Positions 32,339 through 51,301 are shown, counted from the first letter of the stretch. The stretch: DNA of 64,000 nucleotides from the human T2T-CHM13v2.0 reference genome, Homo sapiens (GCF_009914755.1 NC_060944.1); one strand, 5' to 3'. Program-made: numbers and translations. The notes: generated by a model from the sequence alone, not told the origin.

Positions 32339-32535
32339 TTTCCCCTTCCTTCCTCCCTCCCTCCCTCCTTCCTTCCTTCTTTCCTTCTTTCCTTCCTTCC
32401 CTCCCTTCTTTCCTTCCTTCCTTCCTTCCATCCTTCCTTCCTTCCTCTGCCTTTCTTTCTCTCTTCTCTTCTTTCTTCTTACTCTGTCATCCAGGCTGCA
32501 GTGGCACGGTCATAGCTCACTGTAACCTTGAACTC
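32339..32535 (-). repeat. (CCTT/CTTT)n pyrimidine tract fused to a short Alu right-arm fragment
   Basis: Polypyrimidine microsatellite followed by ACTCTGTCATCCAGGCTGCAGTGGCACGGTCATAGCTCACTG. Confidence 0.75.
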
Positions 32536-34704
32536 ATACAGATGATCTTGGAGATAGCTCTTCTGAGGCCTGCCAACAGGTAGTAAATGAGTTTGGAATT
32601 GGACCCTCCACCAGCCGAGCCTTAAGATGACCACAACCAAGGCCAACACCTCGTGAAAACCCTTGAGTCCGAACCACCCAGCGAAGCCACAGAAACAGAG
32701 AAACCACTATTAGTTCCAGCTGCTAAGTTTTTGGGTCATTAGTTCAGCAGCAATGGGTAATCAGTGCAGCCCTTCTGCCACGAGCTGAGCTCTTGGGGCT
32801 GGGGCTGGGAAGGGAAGGGTTAACCCCAGAGCCCAGACTTTCAGGTGGGCAGCAAGGTTAGTGCCTCCAGCTTGGGGGACCGTTCATTACAGAGTTACCC
32901 AGTGGTTCAACCAACGTTTGGGTCTGCTGCCAGCTGGGCCTCAGCCCTCCTGTGGCACCTGTCAGGGCAGGAGCATTCTGTTGTGGGGGGCGGGGGGTGG
33001 GGGAGGAGGGACATTCTGGAAACTGACTGATTCATTAGCAGCTTTGCCTCCCTGCATCTGCCCGCGATGCACCAGCTGCAAGTAGAGCCGGCACAGCTGA
33101 TCGGCCTGTGTTCCTGGCAGGGGTCAGGGCTGCCTTGACTCCTCAGCTCCCGACCCTGGGCCTATGGTTTTGAGTCCAGAGGGAGGTGTTGAGGAGCTCC
33201 CCTAAACCCCAGAGACTGCTGATAAACCAGGCCCACAGGCAAGGCGCACCTCCTGGGTGCCATCCCCATCTTGTTTAATCCTCATGGTAACCCTCCCAAA
33301 GTAGGCATGCCCATCAGCGCCATGCTGCAGGAGGAAACCGAGGCCCAGGTTTGTGCAGCTGGAACGCACAGAGCTCTCTGACTCCAGAGTCCACCTGATC
33401 ATCCGCTCTGCTTCCTTGGCCCCACCATGGGGAGCATGATGGATGTGGTGCCTCAGTGGTTTGGGGGAGCTGCTTCGAGGAAGAAGGTGGGAGAGTTGAG
33501 GAGGCAGGGCTCCTGACCCCCCTACTCCCCGCTCCACCGAAAGCAGCTCTACTACTCTGTGCTATGCCATTAGGGGATCGGGTACAATGTTTCACAGTGT
33601 TTCACAAATGTGTGGTCTGAACAGAGAATGTTCCAGTCCCAAGTCCCCATACCGTGTGACCTGAGGAGCCAATAATAACCCCTGTCTCCTGAGGAATTAT
33701 GGAGAATTCAGTGAGGTCAAACAGGCAAAGCTCAGAACACAGTGCCAGGCACACAGTGAGAGCTCAGTGTGGTGGTGGTGGTGGTTGTGGTGGTTCAAGG
33801 AAGGATTCGCTTTAATCAAAGGGCCTGTGGTATGGAGAAAACATTCCTCTAGGCAATGGGGCGCCTTTGGAGGCTTCTAACAGAGTGACCTCCCTCAAGT
33901 TTGTGTGTGGAGAGGCCTCCAGCCCAATGCCCACCACATGGGGGAGCCGTGTTCTCTGCCAGAAAACTTGAAATAGGAAGATAAGCCTGGTGGGGCGGGG
34001 TTAGGGGAAAGGGAGGAGAAATAACCGTTGTGGGTTTTCTGCGAAAGCAGAGCCTAGGGGAGGTTGAATGGACAGTGACAATATTAGGGATTGAAGTGGA
34101 GCCATAAATCCTGGCTCATTATCCCCAGAAACCAGAGGGATCAGGTTGACTTGAAGAGGAGCCAAAGGTAAGAAGAGAGGCTGGCTCCCAAGGTGAGAAG
34201 AGCTGAGGTCCAGCATGGGGAAGGACCAGCCTCTCCCTCTGAGTCCAGGTTCTTTCTCTGGCACTCCTGGAGGCAGCCCATCCTGTCCCTGCATGAACCC
34301 TGCCAGTAATAGGGAACTCAATGACATGTGCAGTAGCCTGTTCTCACGAGGTTCATCCCTGGATGTTCAAAAGAGCTTCCTGCCTGCCGAGTGCAAACCT
34401 TCCCCCAGAAGCTTCATTCAATAATTCAGTAAGTCTCTGGGCACCTACCATACGCCCTGCCCTCATGAGGAAGGAGCAACATAGCACTGAGCAAGACAAA
34501 GTCCCAACTCTCAAGGAGCTTAGGTTCAGCTGTAGGAAGGCAAATATTATACAATGATATCACATAATGCCAGATGATAATACGGGCTATGACAAAAATT
34601 AAAATAGAGTGACATGACATAGTGACTACCCTTGATAGGGTGGACAGGGAAAGTCATGAAACATTTAAGGGCAGGCATAAATGACAAGAAGAGACTAGCT
34701 ATGG

Positions 34705-35530
<826 letters not shown>

Positions 35531-35989
35531 AGTAGAACACCACAGAATAGCTTTGTGCAAAAGCCCTGAAGAGGGAAAGAGTTTGGGATATTTTGAGAAA
35601 TCAAAAAAGTCCAGTTTGGTTACAGCAGAATGGGTGACTGGGGAACTGACAGAGAGAGGCAGGAGTGCGCCAGACCATGCAGCTCATAGTAAGGACAACA
35701 GGGAGACATTGAATGGCTAGGCAAGGGCATGCATGATTGGATTTATGTTTGAGAAACTCCCTCTGGCTGCAGGGAGAAGAATGAATTCTAGGGGGTTGTG
35801 GTATTTTTTAATAATGTTGAATTTTGGGAGGCTAATATTCATTTTTTATTTATTCATTTTTTAAGAGACAGGATCTCATTCTCTGTCACTCAAGCTGGAG
35901 TGCAGTGGCTTGATCATAGCTCACTGCAGCCTTGAACTCTTGGGCTCAAGGGATACCGCCACCTCAGCCTCCAAGGTAGTTCAGCCTCA

Positions 35990-37810
35990 TACAATGAATT
36001 GGAGTTTATTCACTCTTTTTCTATTCTCTGGAAGAGATTATCAAAGATGAATGTTAGATAGAACTTACCAATGAAGCCATCTGAGGTTGAAGTTTTCTTA
36101 CTGGAAGGGTTTTAACAACTGATTCAATTTATTTAATTGTTAAAGGACTATCTAGGGTTTTTTATTTTGTCTTAAATCAAAATTGGAATGTTATACCTTC
36201 TAGTATGTTGCTTATTTCACTTAAAATTTCAAATTTATTGGATCAAAATTTTTCAAAATAGCCTCTTTTTTCTTTAATGTTGGCAGCATCTGTAGTGATG
36301 TTCATTTTTTATTTCTAATATTTTTGTGCCATTTCTCTTTAATTAATCTTCATGAATATTCATCTTTTAACTGGAGCATTTGGTCTTTTGATATTTAATA
36401 TAATTTATCACTGTATATGGGTGCAAACCCACTAGCTTATTTTGTGATTTCTCCCCTCCCCTCCCTCTGTCCCTCCCTCCCTCCCTCCCTCCCTTCCTTC
36501 TTTCCTTCCTTCCTTCCTTTCTTCCTCCCTCCCTCCCTCCCTTCCTCCTTCCTTCCTTTCTTCTTACCGCCTCCTCCCTTTCTCCCTTCCTTCCTTCCTT
36601 CCCATTTTGAACTGATTACTTTTGCGTTCTATTTCCCCTCTCCACTAGTTTGGGGATTATGCACTGTTTTTATTCTTTTAATGTTATCATTGAAATTACA
36701 ACATGAATATTTAACTTACTGAAGTCTAAATATAATCAGTACCATTGCTCTTCTTCCAGGCCTTAGAACACTGCTACTCTAATTTGACATATACTCCATG
36801 GTTTTGGTGTATTCTAATTATTTTTTTAAAAAAGATAAACTCTACAAGACATTAATGTTATTGTTTTATGTAGTCAGTGCTCAGCTAGACTGGCAGATGG
36901 ATTGATCATTTCTTTGTTCTTCACTTCTCCTTTCATCTCAAGCCTTCCATCAGTGTTCGTATTTCTTCTACATAAAGTGTACACTGTAACAAGTTTCAAC
37001 AAGCAGAATGTGCTCTATTCTTTTTTGTCTGAGCATGCTTTTATTTAACCCATATTCTTGAAGTACATATTGATGAGCATGGAATTTTAGTTGGGTAGTT
37101 AATTTCTTTCAGCACATTGAATGTATCATGTTACTATCACCTGGCTCTGTTGTTGCTGTTGAGAAGTCTTCATCACTCTGTCATTTCTTTGAAGGTTATT
37201 TTTCTTATTTTCTGGTTGCTCCTTAGATTTTTCTCTTTGTCTGTGATGTTTTTCTCCTTTACTGTGATGTCTAGACATGGATTTATTCTTATCACTTTCC
37301 TTGAGATTTGTTGGGATTTTTGAATTTGTGGATTAGTACCTCTCATCAGTTTTGGAAAGTTCTCTGTCATTATTTCTTCAGTTAGTGTGTCTGCCCCATT
37401 TTCTCTCTTGTATTTTTCTGAAACTGCTATTAAATAGATGTCAGATATTTTCAGCCTCTCTTCCATGTCTCCCAACTTCTCTTTTATGTTTAACACCTAT
37501 CTACTTCTCTGTACTATATTCTGGATCATTTATCTTCTGCCTCACTCGTGTTTTTCTTTAGCTCTGTTTAATCTTCTATCAAACCCAACCATCGACTTCT
37601 ATGTTTCAGTTATTGTATTTTTCATTTCTAGAAGTTCTATTTGGGTTTCTCTATTTTTTCAGTTATTAAAATTGTTGCAAAAATATGTAACATAAAGTTT
37701 ACCATCTTAACCATTTTTAAGTTTACAGTTCAGTGGTACTAAATACATTCATAATGTTGTGCAACCATCAGTATTTGGTTCTCTTTTAATTCTGCTGGTA
37801 CTTTTCATGG
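35990..37810 (-). mobile_element. Old L1M fragments (ORF1/ORF2 junction region) with a (CCTT)n insertion at ~36450-36600
   Basis: ORF 37173-37496 (EEIMTENFPKLM..TNPQIQKSQQI) is L1 ORF1-like; T-rich strand. Confidence 0.7.
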
Positions 37811-38529
37811 TTTCTGTTCCCAGTAGATATTTGTAAGGTAACATGCCTTCCTTCCTGCGGTGCCCCATCTAGATTGCTAATCCTCACTTATCTGTACCCA
37901 TCCTCCCAAATCTGGAGGTAAGTCTCATCTCCTTTTAAAACCTTTGACTGGACAGTCATGGTAGAAACTAAAGCCATCATCATTTAATCATTTTGTGTTT
38001 ACTCAAAAAACAAAGAAACAAACAAACTTCTATTAAGTTCTAGGCTGTTCTCTAGGGCATGCAATAATGAATCAGGCCTGGAACCTTCCATGGAGGACCT
38101 GTTTCCCGGGGGGAGGCTGATATGAGAAAAAGGATATTTAGAATGAATTCCACATACCTTCTTTGAATGCCAGCTGTGTGCTGGTCACATTGCTGGGTTC
38201 TGAGTAAGCAGGAGGTAAGATACAATCTTCTTCTCAAAGTTTGTAGTAGAGTAGCAGAGATGAATGGGCCCTTAAGTAATCATGTAAAATGTCAAAAATG
38301 CCAGGCACATGATTGGTGCCTTTTAAATAATCTCTGAGTGAATGAACGGTGAATTGGCGTGGGAGTTCAGAGGAGAGAAAAATTTTTTCTGATTGGAACA
38401 TATTAAGGAAATCTGTAATGGCATTTGAGTCAGGCCTTAGAAATCTGTTACTTTTGGACATCCAAAGACATAGGAGAAGGTAGGGGCAATTCAAGTAGGA
38501 AAACAGCATGAATAAAGGCATGGACTGTC

Positions 38530-39920
<1,391 letters not shown>

Positions 39921-40171
39921 TTTTGTAATGTGGGGTGAGTCCCACGGGCGGGTTCAGTTTGTGGAAACTCATCAGGCTGTTATAATTTGTACTTTTCTGT
40001 GCCTGTAAGACTTCAAAACCCAGTTGTAAAAAACAGGACTGATAATAATTGCAGCTTCCTTTACTGGCTCATCGTGAGGACTGGATGGGCAAACATACTC
40101 ATAGTGCTTAGCACAGAGCCAGCCACTGCTTAGTGCTGACACGTGGGGGTGAAGTTGTTACTGTAGTTATT

Positions 40172-40482
<311 letters not shown>

Positions 40483-41306
40483 TGTAGTTATTGTTAAAAT
40501 CCAGCTCTGTCCCTTGTCGGGTGGTGATCTTGGCCCTAAGTCACTTTACCTTGTTGGCCCTCACTCTTCTCATCTGTAAAATAGGTTAGCACCATCCACT
40601 TCACCAGGGCCACCAGGGCCCCCAATGAAACAAGATGCGACATCATCAGGCTTGAAGTCTGCCTCCAAGAGGGCCTCACAAAAGCTTGGGTTCATGAAAC
40701 AGGGAAGAGGAAAGAGAAAAATCAGACTCATGATTGAAGAGGGAAAATTGTCAGTGCGGTGATGAGTGTTTGGGTGCCTGCCACGAACTGGGTGTGGGGC
40801 GGCCCCTCAGAGTTTCCACAAGCAGGGTTGGCCAGGCCTGGGAAGGAATGAAGCGGGAGTTGGCCAAAAGAGAGTTGTCTTCCAGGGGAGTGGGGTCTGG
40901 TGGTGCCAGGGCGCTCAGCTTGGGCAGGGCTGGTGTACAAATCTTGGCTTTAGGCCTGGCTGGGCAAAAGTTGATTGACTCTCAGTGCAGAACAATCAGA
41001 AACCAAACCTCCCTCTAGCCCCTGGCCCCCCACCCCCATTGGTTGCCCCTATGTGATTCCAGTCTTCCTGTCTTCACCCAAACAATCCCACCCACACCTC
41101 CCCTATTCCTTTCTTGTTCTTGAGGTCTCGCTCCCTGCCCCCATCACCAGGTCAGGTTTTAAGAGGCCTAAAACTTATACCATCGGAGGAGAGAGTTTCA
41201 TTAAAGTAGAACATGTATAGAGAGAAGGCACAAATCATGTCTACAGCTTGATGAATTTTCCCAAACTCAACACGCTCATGTAAACTGACATTCAAGTCAA
41301 GAATCA

Positions 41307-41622
<316 letters not shown>

Positions 41623-41781
41623 TTATTCCCAGCATCCCAGAAGCCTCTCGGTACCCCTTTCTTGTTATCCACCCCTTAAACATAACCACTCTCCTGACTT
41701 CTGACGTCATAGATGAGTTTTGCCTGGTTTTGAACTTTATATGTTTGAAATCATCCAGTGCGTGCCCGGGTGTCTAGCATC

Positions 41782-42076
41782 TTTTTTTTTTGTTTTGAGA
41801 TGGAGTCTCACTCTGTCACCCAGGCTGGAGTGCAGTCGCGCGATCTTGGCTCACTGTAAGCTCCGCCTCCCGGGTTCAAGCGATTCTCCTTACTCAGCCT
41901 CCTGAGTAGCTGGGATTACAGTTGTGCACCACCACACCCAGCTAATTTTTGTTTTTTAGTAGAGATGGGGTTTCACCATGTTGGCCAGGCTGGTCTCAAA
42001 CTCCTGACCTCAACTGATCCGCCTGCCTTGGCCTCCCCAAAGTGCTGGGATTACAGGCGTGAGCGCCGCGCCTGGC
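41782..42076 (-). mobile_element. AluS
   Basis: Antisense dimer; TSD GTCT(A/G)GCATCTTTT. Confidence 0.9.
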
Positions 42077-42479
42077 AAGAGTCTGGCATCTTTTACTTAA
42101 CATGTTAGCAAGATTCAACCATGTTTGCTGCATGCAGCTGTACTTTGTTTCCTCTCATTCCTATAGCGGCCCTTGGAATGACAATACCACAGCTTCTATG
42201 TCCACTCAGCAAGCGTTGCATTTTGGGGTTGTTTTCAGCTTTGGGATGTCTGGGGGAAAAGCTGCTATGAATATTCTTGCATGTGTCTTTTGGGGGACAT
42301 ACGGGCTCATTTCTGTTGAGTCATCCATGAGGGGAGTTGCTGGCTCACAGGGAGAGATGAATGTTCCGCTGTAGAAGATTCAAGGACTGCAAATTGTGTT
42401 CCAGAGTGGCCACACCAGCTTCCTCTCTCCTCCCAGCTGTGGAGGAAAGTCCTGCCATTCCACATCTTCACTGACACCT

Positions 42480-42630
42480 TGTGTGTGTGTGTGTGGGTAT
42501 ACACAGTATGTGTGTGTGGTAGGACCTAGTTCATCCATGCAATGCACACAGTGTATGTGTGCATATATACTGTGTGTGTAGATATGTAAACACACATATG
42601 GTGTGTGTGTGTATATATATATATGTATCC
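42480..42630. repeat. (TG)n/(TA)n-rich simple repeat
   Basis: Interrupted GT, TA and CA runs. Confidence 0.75.
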
Positions 42631-42883
42631 CCATTATTCTGAGCCCTAGTCCTTCCCTCCTGGCACCTCTCACTTCACACTGGTGGTCTGTCTGAATGTT
42701 CTGTGGGACAAGCCTGTCCTCAGGACCTAAATCAGCACCTGGCCCTGGCCTGTATTAGGAGCTATATAGATGTGTGTAAGTATATATATATATACACACA
42801 CACATATATGTGTGTATCTATTTATCTATTTTTTGCTTTTTCATTTTTAGTCATTCTCATAAGGAGGCTGTGATACCACATCA

Positions 42884-43619
<736 letters not shown>

Positions 43620-43962
43620 CTACCCCTCCTCCTCTTCTGGGCTCAAAAGCTCCCCTGCTCACAAACACTCCAGCTCAAAAACTCCCCAGCTCACAAACTG
43701 CCCCACCTACCCCTCACCCTTTCTTGGACTGACTCTTCCTCCCCAGGCTCTCAGCTTCCATAGTAGCTTCCAAGAAAGGCCTTCTCTGACTTCCTTGTCT
43801 AGGATATTCTCCATTTTTAAGTCCACAGCCTGTGACCAATGGCAACAGAGCAGAAGGTTAGAGCAATTACTGTGGATGGAGCTTGCCCAGTAGGCCTCCT
43901 AGCTCCATTTTCTAGCTTTGTGATCTCAGGCCTGTCCTGTAACCTCTCTGGGCCTCAGAAAC

Positions 43963-45966
<2,004 letters not shown>

Positions 45967-47039
45967 CTTACAGTCTTATTTTCACATATAAAGCATCTTG
46001 TTTAAGGCTCACAATATCCCTAGGAGGTGTACCCTACTGGAACCCCTATCTCCCAGAAAAGGGTATGGAGGGGACTCAGGACCTGAGTTGCCCGAGGCAC
46101 CTGACCTCAAGCCTGCCCTGAAAAACGCCCTGTGCTCCCCGAGAAGGCCCCGCATAGTGCCTGGCGCAGAGTGTGACTCAAAAACATTGATTCCTTTTTC
46201 TCCATCCCTTTGAACTTTCAGAACCCTTGAGTATTGTATTTTTTTTAAAATTCACATTGAAGTATATCATGCATACAAACAGAGTGCGATCATGCATATG
46301 CGGTTGACACATCTTCCCATGTTGAACGTGCTTGTTTACCCAGCACCCGGATGAAGAAAATCACAACCATCCCAGGCCCCTGCAGCCCCTCAGGCTGCCT
46401 TCGGCCTCTCTACCACCAGGGGAAGCATGATCACGGCTGTTGGTGAACTTCACATGGGTAGAACCGTGTAGTCCTTTGTGTCTGCCTATGACCCTCATGG
46501 TGGGGTTGTCATCGTAGAGCCTGCGTTCTCAAGGCTGTATGCACCATCATTTTTCCATCACTTTTGCTTTTGATGGGTCTCTTTGGCCTTTCCCCTTTGA
46601 AATGGAACACAGGGCTTCTCGGACTCCCAGACGTGTCTCTGTGCCTCTGCCCAGGCCTGTTGGGGAGGGAGGTGGGGAGGCTGGGGGAGTGTATGTTCTG
46701 ACCCAGTGCCAGCCCCAAGTAAACGTGCTTCTAGGAGGCCCTGGCTTGGCCTTCCACCCTCTGCCCCTCCTTCTCCGACTCCATCAACATTCTGTTGTTC
46801 TGAGCTTGGCTTGAGGCCAATGGGTGAGCTGGCGGGCATCCTAGGTAAACAAAGGCAGCTGGACAGAAGAAAGTCTTTAGGGGTGGGAGGGTGGACCCAA
46901 TCAGAAGCCCTCTCCACGAGGGCTGTGAGAGCTTATATGGGGTTCCTGCCCTGAGAGCCCTGGAACATGGTAGGACGGGAGGGTGCCGGTAGAGGTTGGG
47001 CCTTCTCCAGGCTAGGCCCTGCCCCGGGGAGGGAAGCTG

Positions 47040-47390
47040 CCTGGGTTCAAGTCCCAGCTCTGAAACTTACCAGCTGTGTGACTTTGGGCAAATTTCTTAA
47101 CCTCTCTATGCCTCAGTTTTTTGATCTATAAAATGAAGGCAGTAAATAACTCATTGCATGTAAAGGATTTCTGACCTGCAGTCAATGTTGGCTGTTAGGA
47201 GGATGATGTGCCGAGAGACAGCTAGGTACTTGATGTGCACTATTTTATTGAACCTGCGCATTAGTCATGGAAGTAGACACCATGTCATCCCCATTTGGCA
47301 GATAAGGAAGTGGAGGCACAGAGAGGGTGACAACCTGCCTGAAGCCACACTGTGAGTCTGTGGCAGAGCCAGCTCTGATCCGGAGTCCAG
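47040..47390. mobile_element. Two MIR fragments in opposite orientation
   Basis: CTGGGTTCAAGTCCCAGCTCTG...AACCTCTCTATGCCTCAGTTT (+) and CCCCATTTGGCAGATAAGGAAGTGGAGGCACAGAGAGG (-). Confidence 0.7.
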
Positions 47391-48481
47391 GCCCCTGGCA
47401 CCAAGCTATGAGCAGAGCTTGGGTGGGGATTGGCAGCCCTGACCTGCCAAAGAGCAGTGCCCAGCACTGTCCTTGTGGGGCCCAGACTCAGCCCTCACAT
47501 GGGGTTTGAGGGGCAAGGCCTCAGGCTCATTTTCTCTGTCTGTAAAATGGACATATGTGCCCCAAAGAGTCAGTATCCTTCCCCTTCCTGGGTTCCTGGC
47601 TAGTGGGCTCCCCGGAGTGGGGCAGGCTTGGGGGCTGATCAGGGAGGCCTGTGCACCTGCCCAGTGTCAGCAGCCCTGGCTGGAGCAGCCCTGCCCCTGC
47701 TGTATAGCCGGGAGGCTGTTCAGGCCTGGAAGCCAGAGTTGGCAGCCCTTGTTGGGGCTGTGCCCTGACCCTGCCCTCAGGGTGCTCCGGAAGAAGGGAC
47801 AGGCACAGAAACTGCTATTCCTAACTAAGGCTGCCGAGTATCCAGTATCGTAAAGGTCTGGGGAGGTCAAGGCAGTTGGCTGCAGTCCAGGAAGGCTTCA
47901 CAAAGGAGGCCTCCTTGGGGCAGGGTTTTGCAGGTTGAGTAAGAGTTCATTAGGTAGAGAGGATAGTAAAAGTGTTTTTAGCACAGGGAATGGCAATAGG
48001 TCCCAACTACTCCATCCTTGCCCTTGCTTACCCTCTCTGTATTTCAGGGGGCTGGAAGTTGGAAAATGACATTTTCCAGAGCTGCTTCCCAGCCGGTTTC
48101 AGGTTGGGATCTGCCAGTGGGAAAGAGGCCTGAGGAGGGGAGATGCCAGCCTGCCTCTGGCTGCAGCCTCAGGTGGCTTCCGCAGGCTCTGTATTTCCCA
48201 GCAGCTATGTTGGTTCTAGGGCTGTGGGCGCCAGCTCGTGGGCTTTGCAGCTGCTTCCCAATTTCTAGGTCACACTCCTTCTCCCATCTGCTCCTCTGCC
48301 CCTTTGGATACTTCTGGAATGAACTTCCTCTATGAACTCCCTCTCTGCCTGAAATAGTAGTGCGGTTTCTGTTTTCCAGCTGGTGACTCACTGATACAAT
48401 TATCAAGCCACCCAGCCAGCACCAGGTTGTAGCGTCCAAGGAACAGAAGGATTCGGCACCCAGAACACGTGATGTCATGTT

Positions 48482-48497
48482 TTTATTTTGATTTATT
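48482..48497 (-). terminator. TGM2: Candidate distal TGM2 poly(A) signals (two AATAAA)
   Basis: TTTATT at 48482-48487 and 48492-48497 on +; on - followed by CA and GU-rich GTGTTCTGGGTG. Confidence 0.6.
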
Positions 48498-48647
48498 TTT
48501 TATGTGCATGTCATGTCTTTCTACATGACTTCCCAAGGGTGGGGACTGTCCCCATCATCTATTCATTCAACAGATACTCATGAGTGCTTCGATGGTGGGG
48601 AATGAGATGAATGACCAAGTCTGCACATCCACGGAATCGCAGTCTAG

Positions 48648-48970
48648 ACCTGCTTCATCCAGTACTAGCCAGACTGGCTACCGAGCACTTGAAATGCAGC
48701 TAGTTCAAATTGAGACCTGCTGTCAGTATAAAACACACACCACATTTCAAAGATTGAGTACAAAAATAAGAAGGTCAAATACCTTACTAATTCTTATATT
48801 GATTACATGTTGAAATAATGTTTTGGATATATTGGATTAAATAAAATACATTATTAAAGCTAATTCCACCTATGGCTTTTTTACTGTTTTCAATGTGGTC
48901 ACTAGAAAATTCTAAATTACATATGTGGCTTGCATTTGTGGCTCATGTATTATTTCTATGGGACAGCACA
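48648..48970 (+). mobile_element. MER33 hAT-Charlie DNA transposon
   Basis: GAGCACTTGAAATGCAGCTAGT...TATATTGATTACATGTTGAAATAATG...AAATTACATATGTGGCT...TATTTCTATGGGACAGCAC. Confidence 0.78.
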
Positions 48971-48999
48971 GGTCTTGTGGGAGTTGAGTTAGGAAACAT

Positions 49000-49440
49000 T
49001 CATTTACCAATTCAGCATTTATTAGTGTATTTAAGAGATACGTGGTCCCTGCCTCGAGGGCTTCAGATAGGATGGAGAAGGGGACAGATAGGCCAACGTG
49101 GAAGTAAAATTTACTGTGATAAATGTTTGAATTGGTCCATATTCCAGGACTCTGGGGACCCGAAAAGATATCAAGGAAGGTTTCACAGAAGAGGTGACTT
49201 TGGTGTTAAGCATTATAGGATGAGTAGGAGTTTGCCAAGCAGGGAAAGAAAAGGAGGGGCACTCCAGGCTCAGGGAACTACATACACAAAAGCCAAGAGG
49301 TAGACAACTACGCAGGGTGTTCTGGGGATACAGGAAGTTAATTGTGGCCCAAAAACAGACTGTTGGTGGAAGGGGCCGGAGATGGAGCCAGCCTGTGTAG
49401 GACCTTGAATGCCAGTAAAGTTTAAACGCAGGGACAGGGC
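49000..49440 (-). mobile_element. L2 3' fragment
   Basis: CATTTATTAGTG...GTCCCTGCCTCGAGGGG...GGAAGGTTTCACAGAAGAGGTGAC...TAGGAGTTTGCCAAGCA. Confidence 0.65.
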
Positions 49441-49547
49441 TGAGGCTCAGGAAAGACTCCTAGGCAGGAAGTGGGGGTCCAGGTGTGAGCGAGCTCACCT
49501 ACCCATCTCCCTCCAAACTCATAAAGGAACAGACCAGACCTAGTTTG

Positions 49548-51301
49548 AGTGTGAAAAATAAACTATTTTATTTCAGTGTTTGCTCCTTGCGGTTCAGAAG
49601 CACATCTACTGCCTGGTTGGAACCCAAGGCTTTTATAAAACCGTAGAGAAATAGAGCTCTATGTATAGAGAAAATATACATGTTGATTAATTGTGTGACT
49701 CTTTCCTGTGCAAAGCAGAAAGTTCTAAATGCAACAGCATGATTCTCTCCAAGTCCTTCCCTGGGATTTGGGGGGCCCTGGAGGCTGTGATCTCACCTCC
49801 AATAGAGAATCCCCAATTCTTCCAGCCCAAGGGAGGCCCAGTCATGTAGAAAGAGCAGGAGATAAAGTCAAAGCTGACAACTCATGGGTTCCCCAAGCTT
49901 CCTCCGGGGCAGGGGCTATGTTTGGGGGCCTTAGCCCTGCAAAGAAGGGGTAGCTGGGGTGCCAACCTTGTTGGTTAGTGACCAGCACTGGCAGCTAAGG
50001 CTGTTGGGAAGTCTAGGCATTGCAGCGGGCAGGCTCATGGGTAGAGCAGGGGTGTCCAGGGCTCTTCTCCCCTAGAACTGGGGTCTGAAGGGTGGTACCT
50101 GGGCATAGGAAGGAACCAGGACAGGGCTGGGGACAGAAGGTGGTCACAGTCATGGTTTCACTCTCAGAAATATCCTGGGCCTATGGCTTAAGGCTTCGTG
50201 GAGCAGGGAGTGGACCTTGTGGTTATTTACAAGGCTGGGCCATATAAAAGCATTGCAAACATGGAGTGGAGAGGATCCTTGGAGATGAGCTGGTTCAATC
50301 ACTCCTCTGACCAACAAGGAAACAAAGGCCCAGAGAGGAGAAGGCAGTGCCTGGCCAGACGTGGGACCTGAACCCAGCCAGGGCTCTGACTCCCAGTCCC
50401 CCAGTCCCCTCTCTACCTCCTTGTCTTGGCTGAGTCTTTTTTTGATAAAGGCCCCAGACAGCCTCTCCGACAGTCTCAGGTCAGGCTGGGGTTATAAATG
50501 GAGCAGTGGACTCAGAGTCAGAGGCCCAGACTCTGCTCTTGGGCCTTCACATTACCCAGCCTTGCTAATAACCACGAGGCCACTGGTGTGGAGGGGGCTG
50601 CCTCCTCTCTCTAAGCCTCAGTCTCCTTATCCTGGAAGCAGCGCCCACAACAGTTTCCCATGGTGATTAAATGGGTTGGAGGCCCCGTGAGCCCCAGCAA
50701 GTGTGGGAGGCACCCAGCACATAGTAGGTGCTTCACAATGGTGAGGTTGAGGGGGAGGGCTATTAAGCTTGGGCTGCTGGGATGTGGAGGGGACCTTGGG
50801 CCTATCACTGTCCCCACCCAGCTCTGGCTGTCCCAAGGGCCCCTGGAGCTGGGTGCAGTCATGGGAAGAGGTACGGGATGCAGTCTAGGGAGCTGGATTC
50901 CCTGATCCAGCCAAGGGGCATGCTGTCCCTTTTTTGCCTGCTCCAAGGAGCTATGAAGTAGATCAAACAATATGGTGGGTGGTCAATGGCTTTCCAAAGG
51001 GCATCTGGGCAGGAGAGGGAATGTAGGTCTTTCCTCTCTCACCCCAGCCCCAGTCAGCCAAGGTCAGGGCTCCCACTGTTTCTGGCACAGAGCATTCCTC
51101 ACAGCAAAGGGGGTGAGTGGGGACCCACAGGCTCAGGAGGCTGAGATGGGCCAGGGGCACATTCCATTTCCGAGAGCCCCCATAGGCTGCCCACCCTGCC
51201 CTGGGGTCTGGGGCCCAAGAAGGGGCATATTTTGCTCACTAGCTTGGGATAAGGATTGGGATCAAGGTGGGGGCTCTCAGCAGGCTGGGAGCAGGGGTCC
51301 C
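49548..51301 (-). other. TGM2: TGM2 3'UTR (exon 13 non-coding part)
   Basis: Between the TAA stop and the AATAAA; the 3' end is estimated. Confidence 0.8.
49567..49572 (-). terminator. TGM2: Main TGM2 poly(A) signal AATAAA
   Basis: TTTATT on +; ~1.73 kb after the stop; several TGTA upstream on - and U/GU-rich sequence downstream. Confidence 0.82.
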
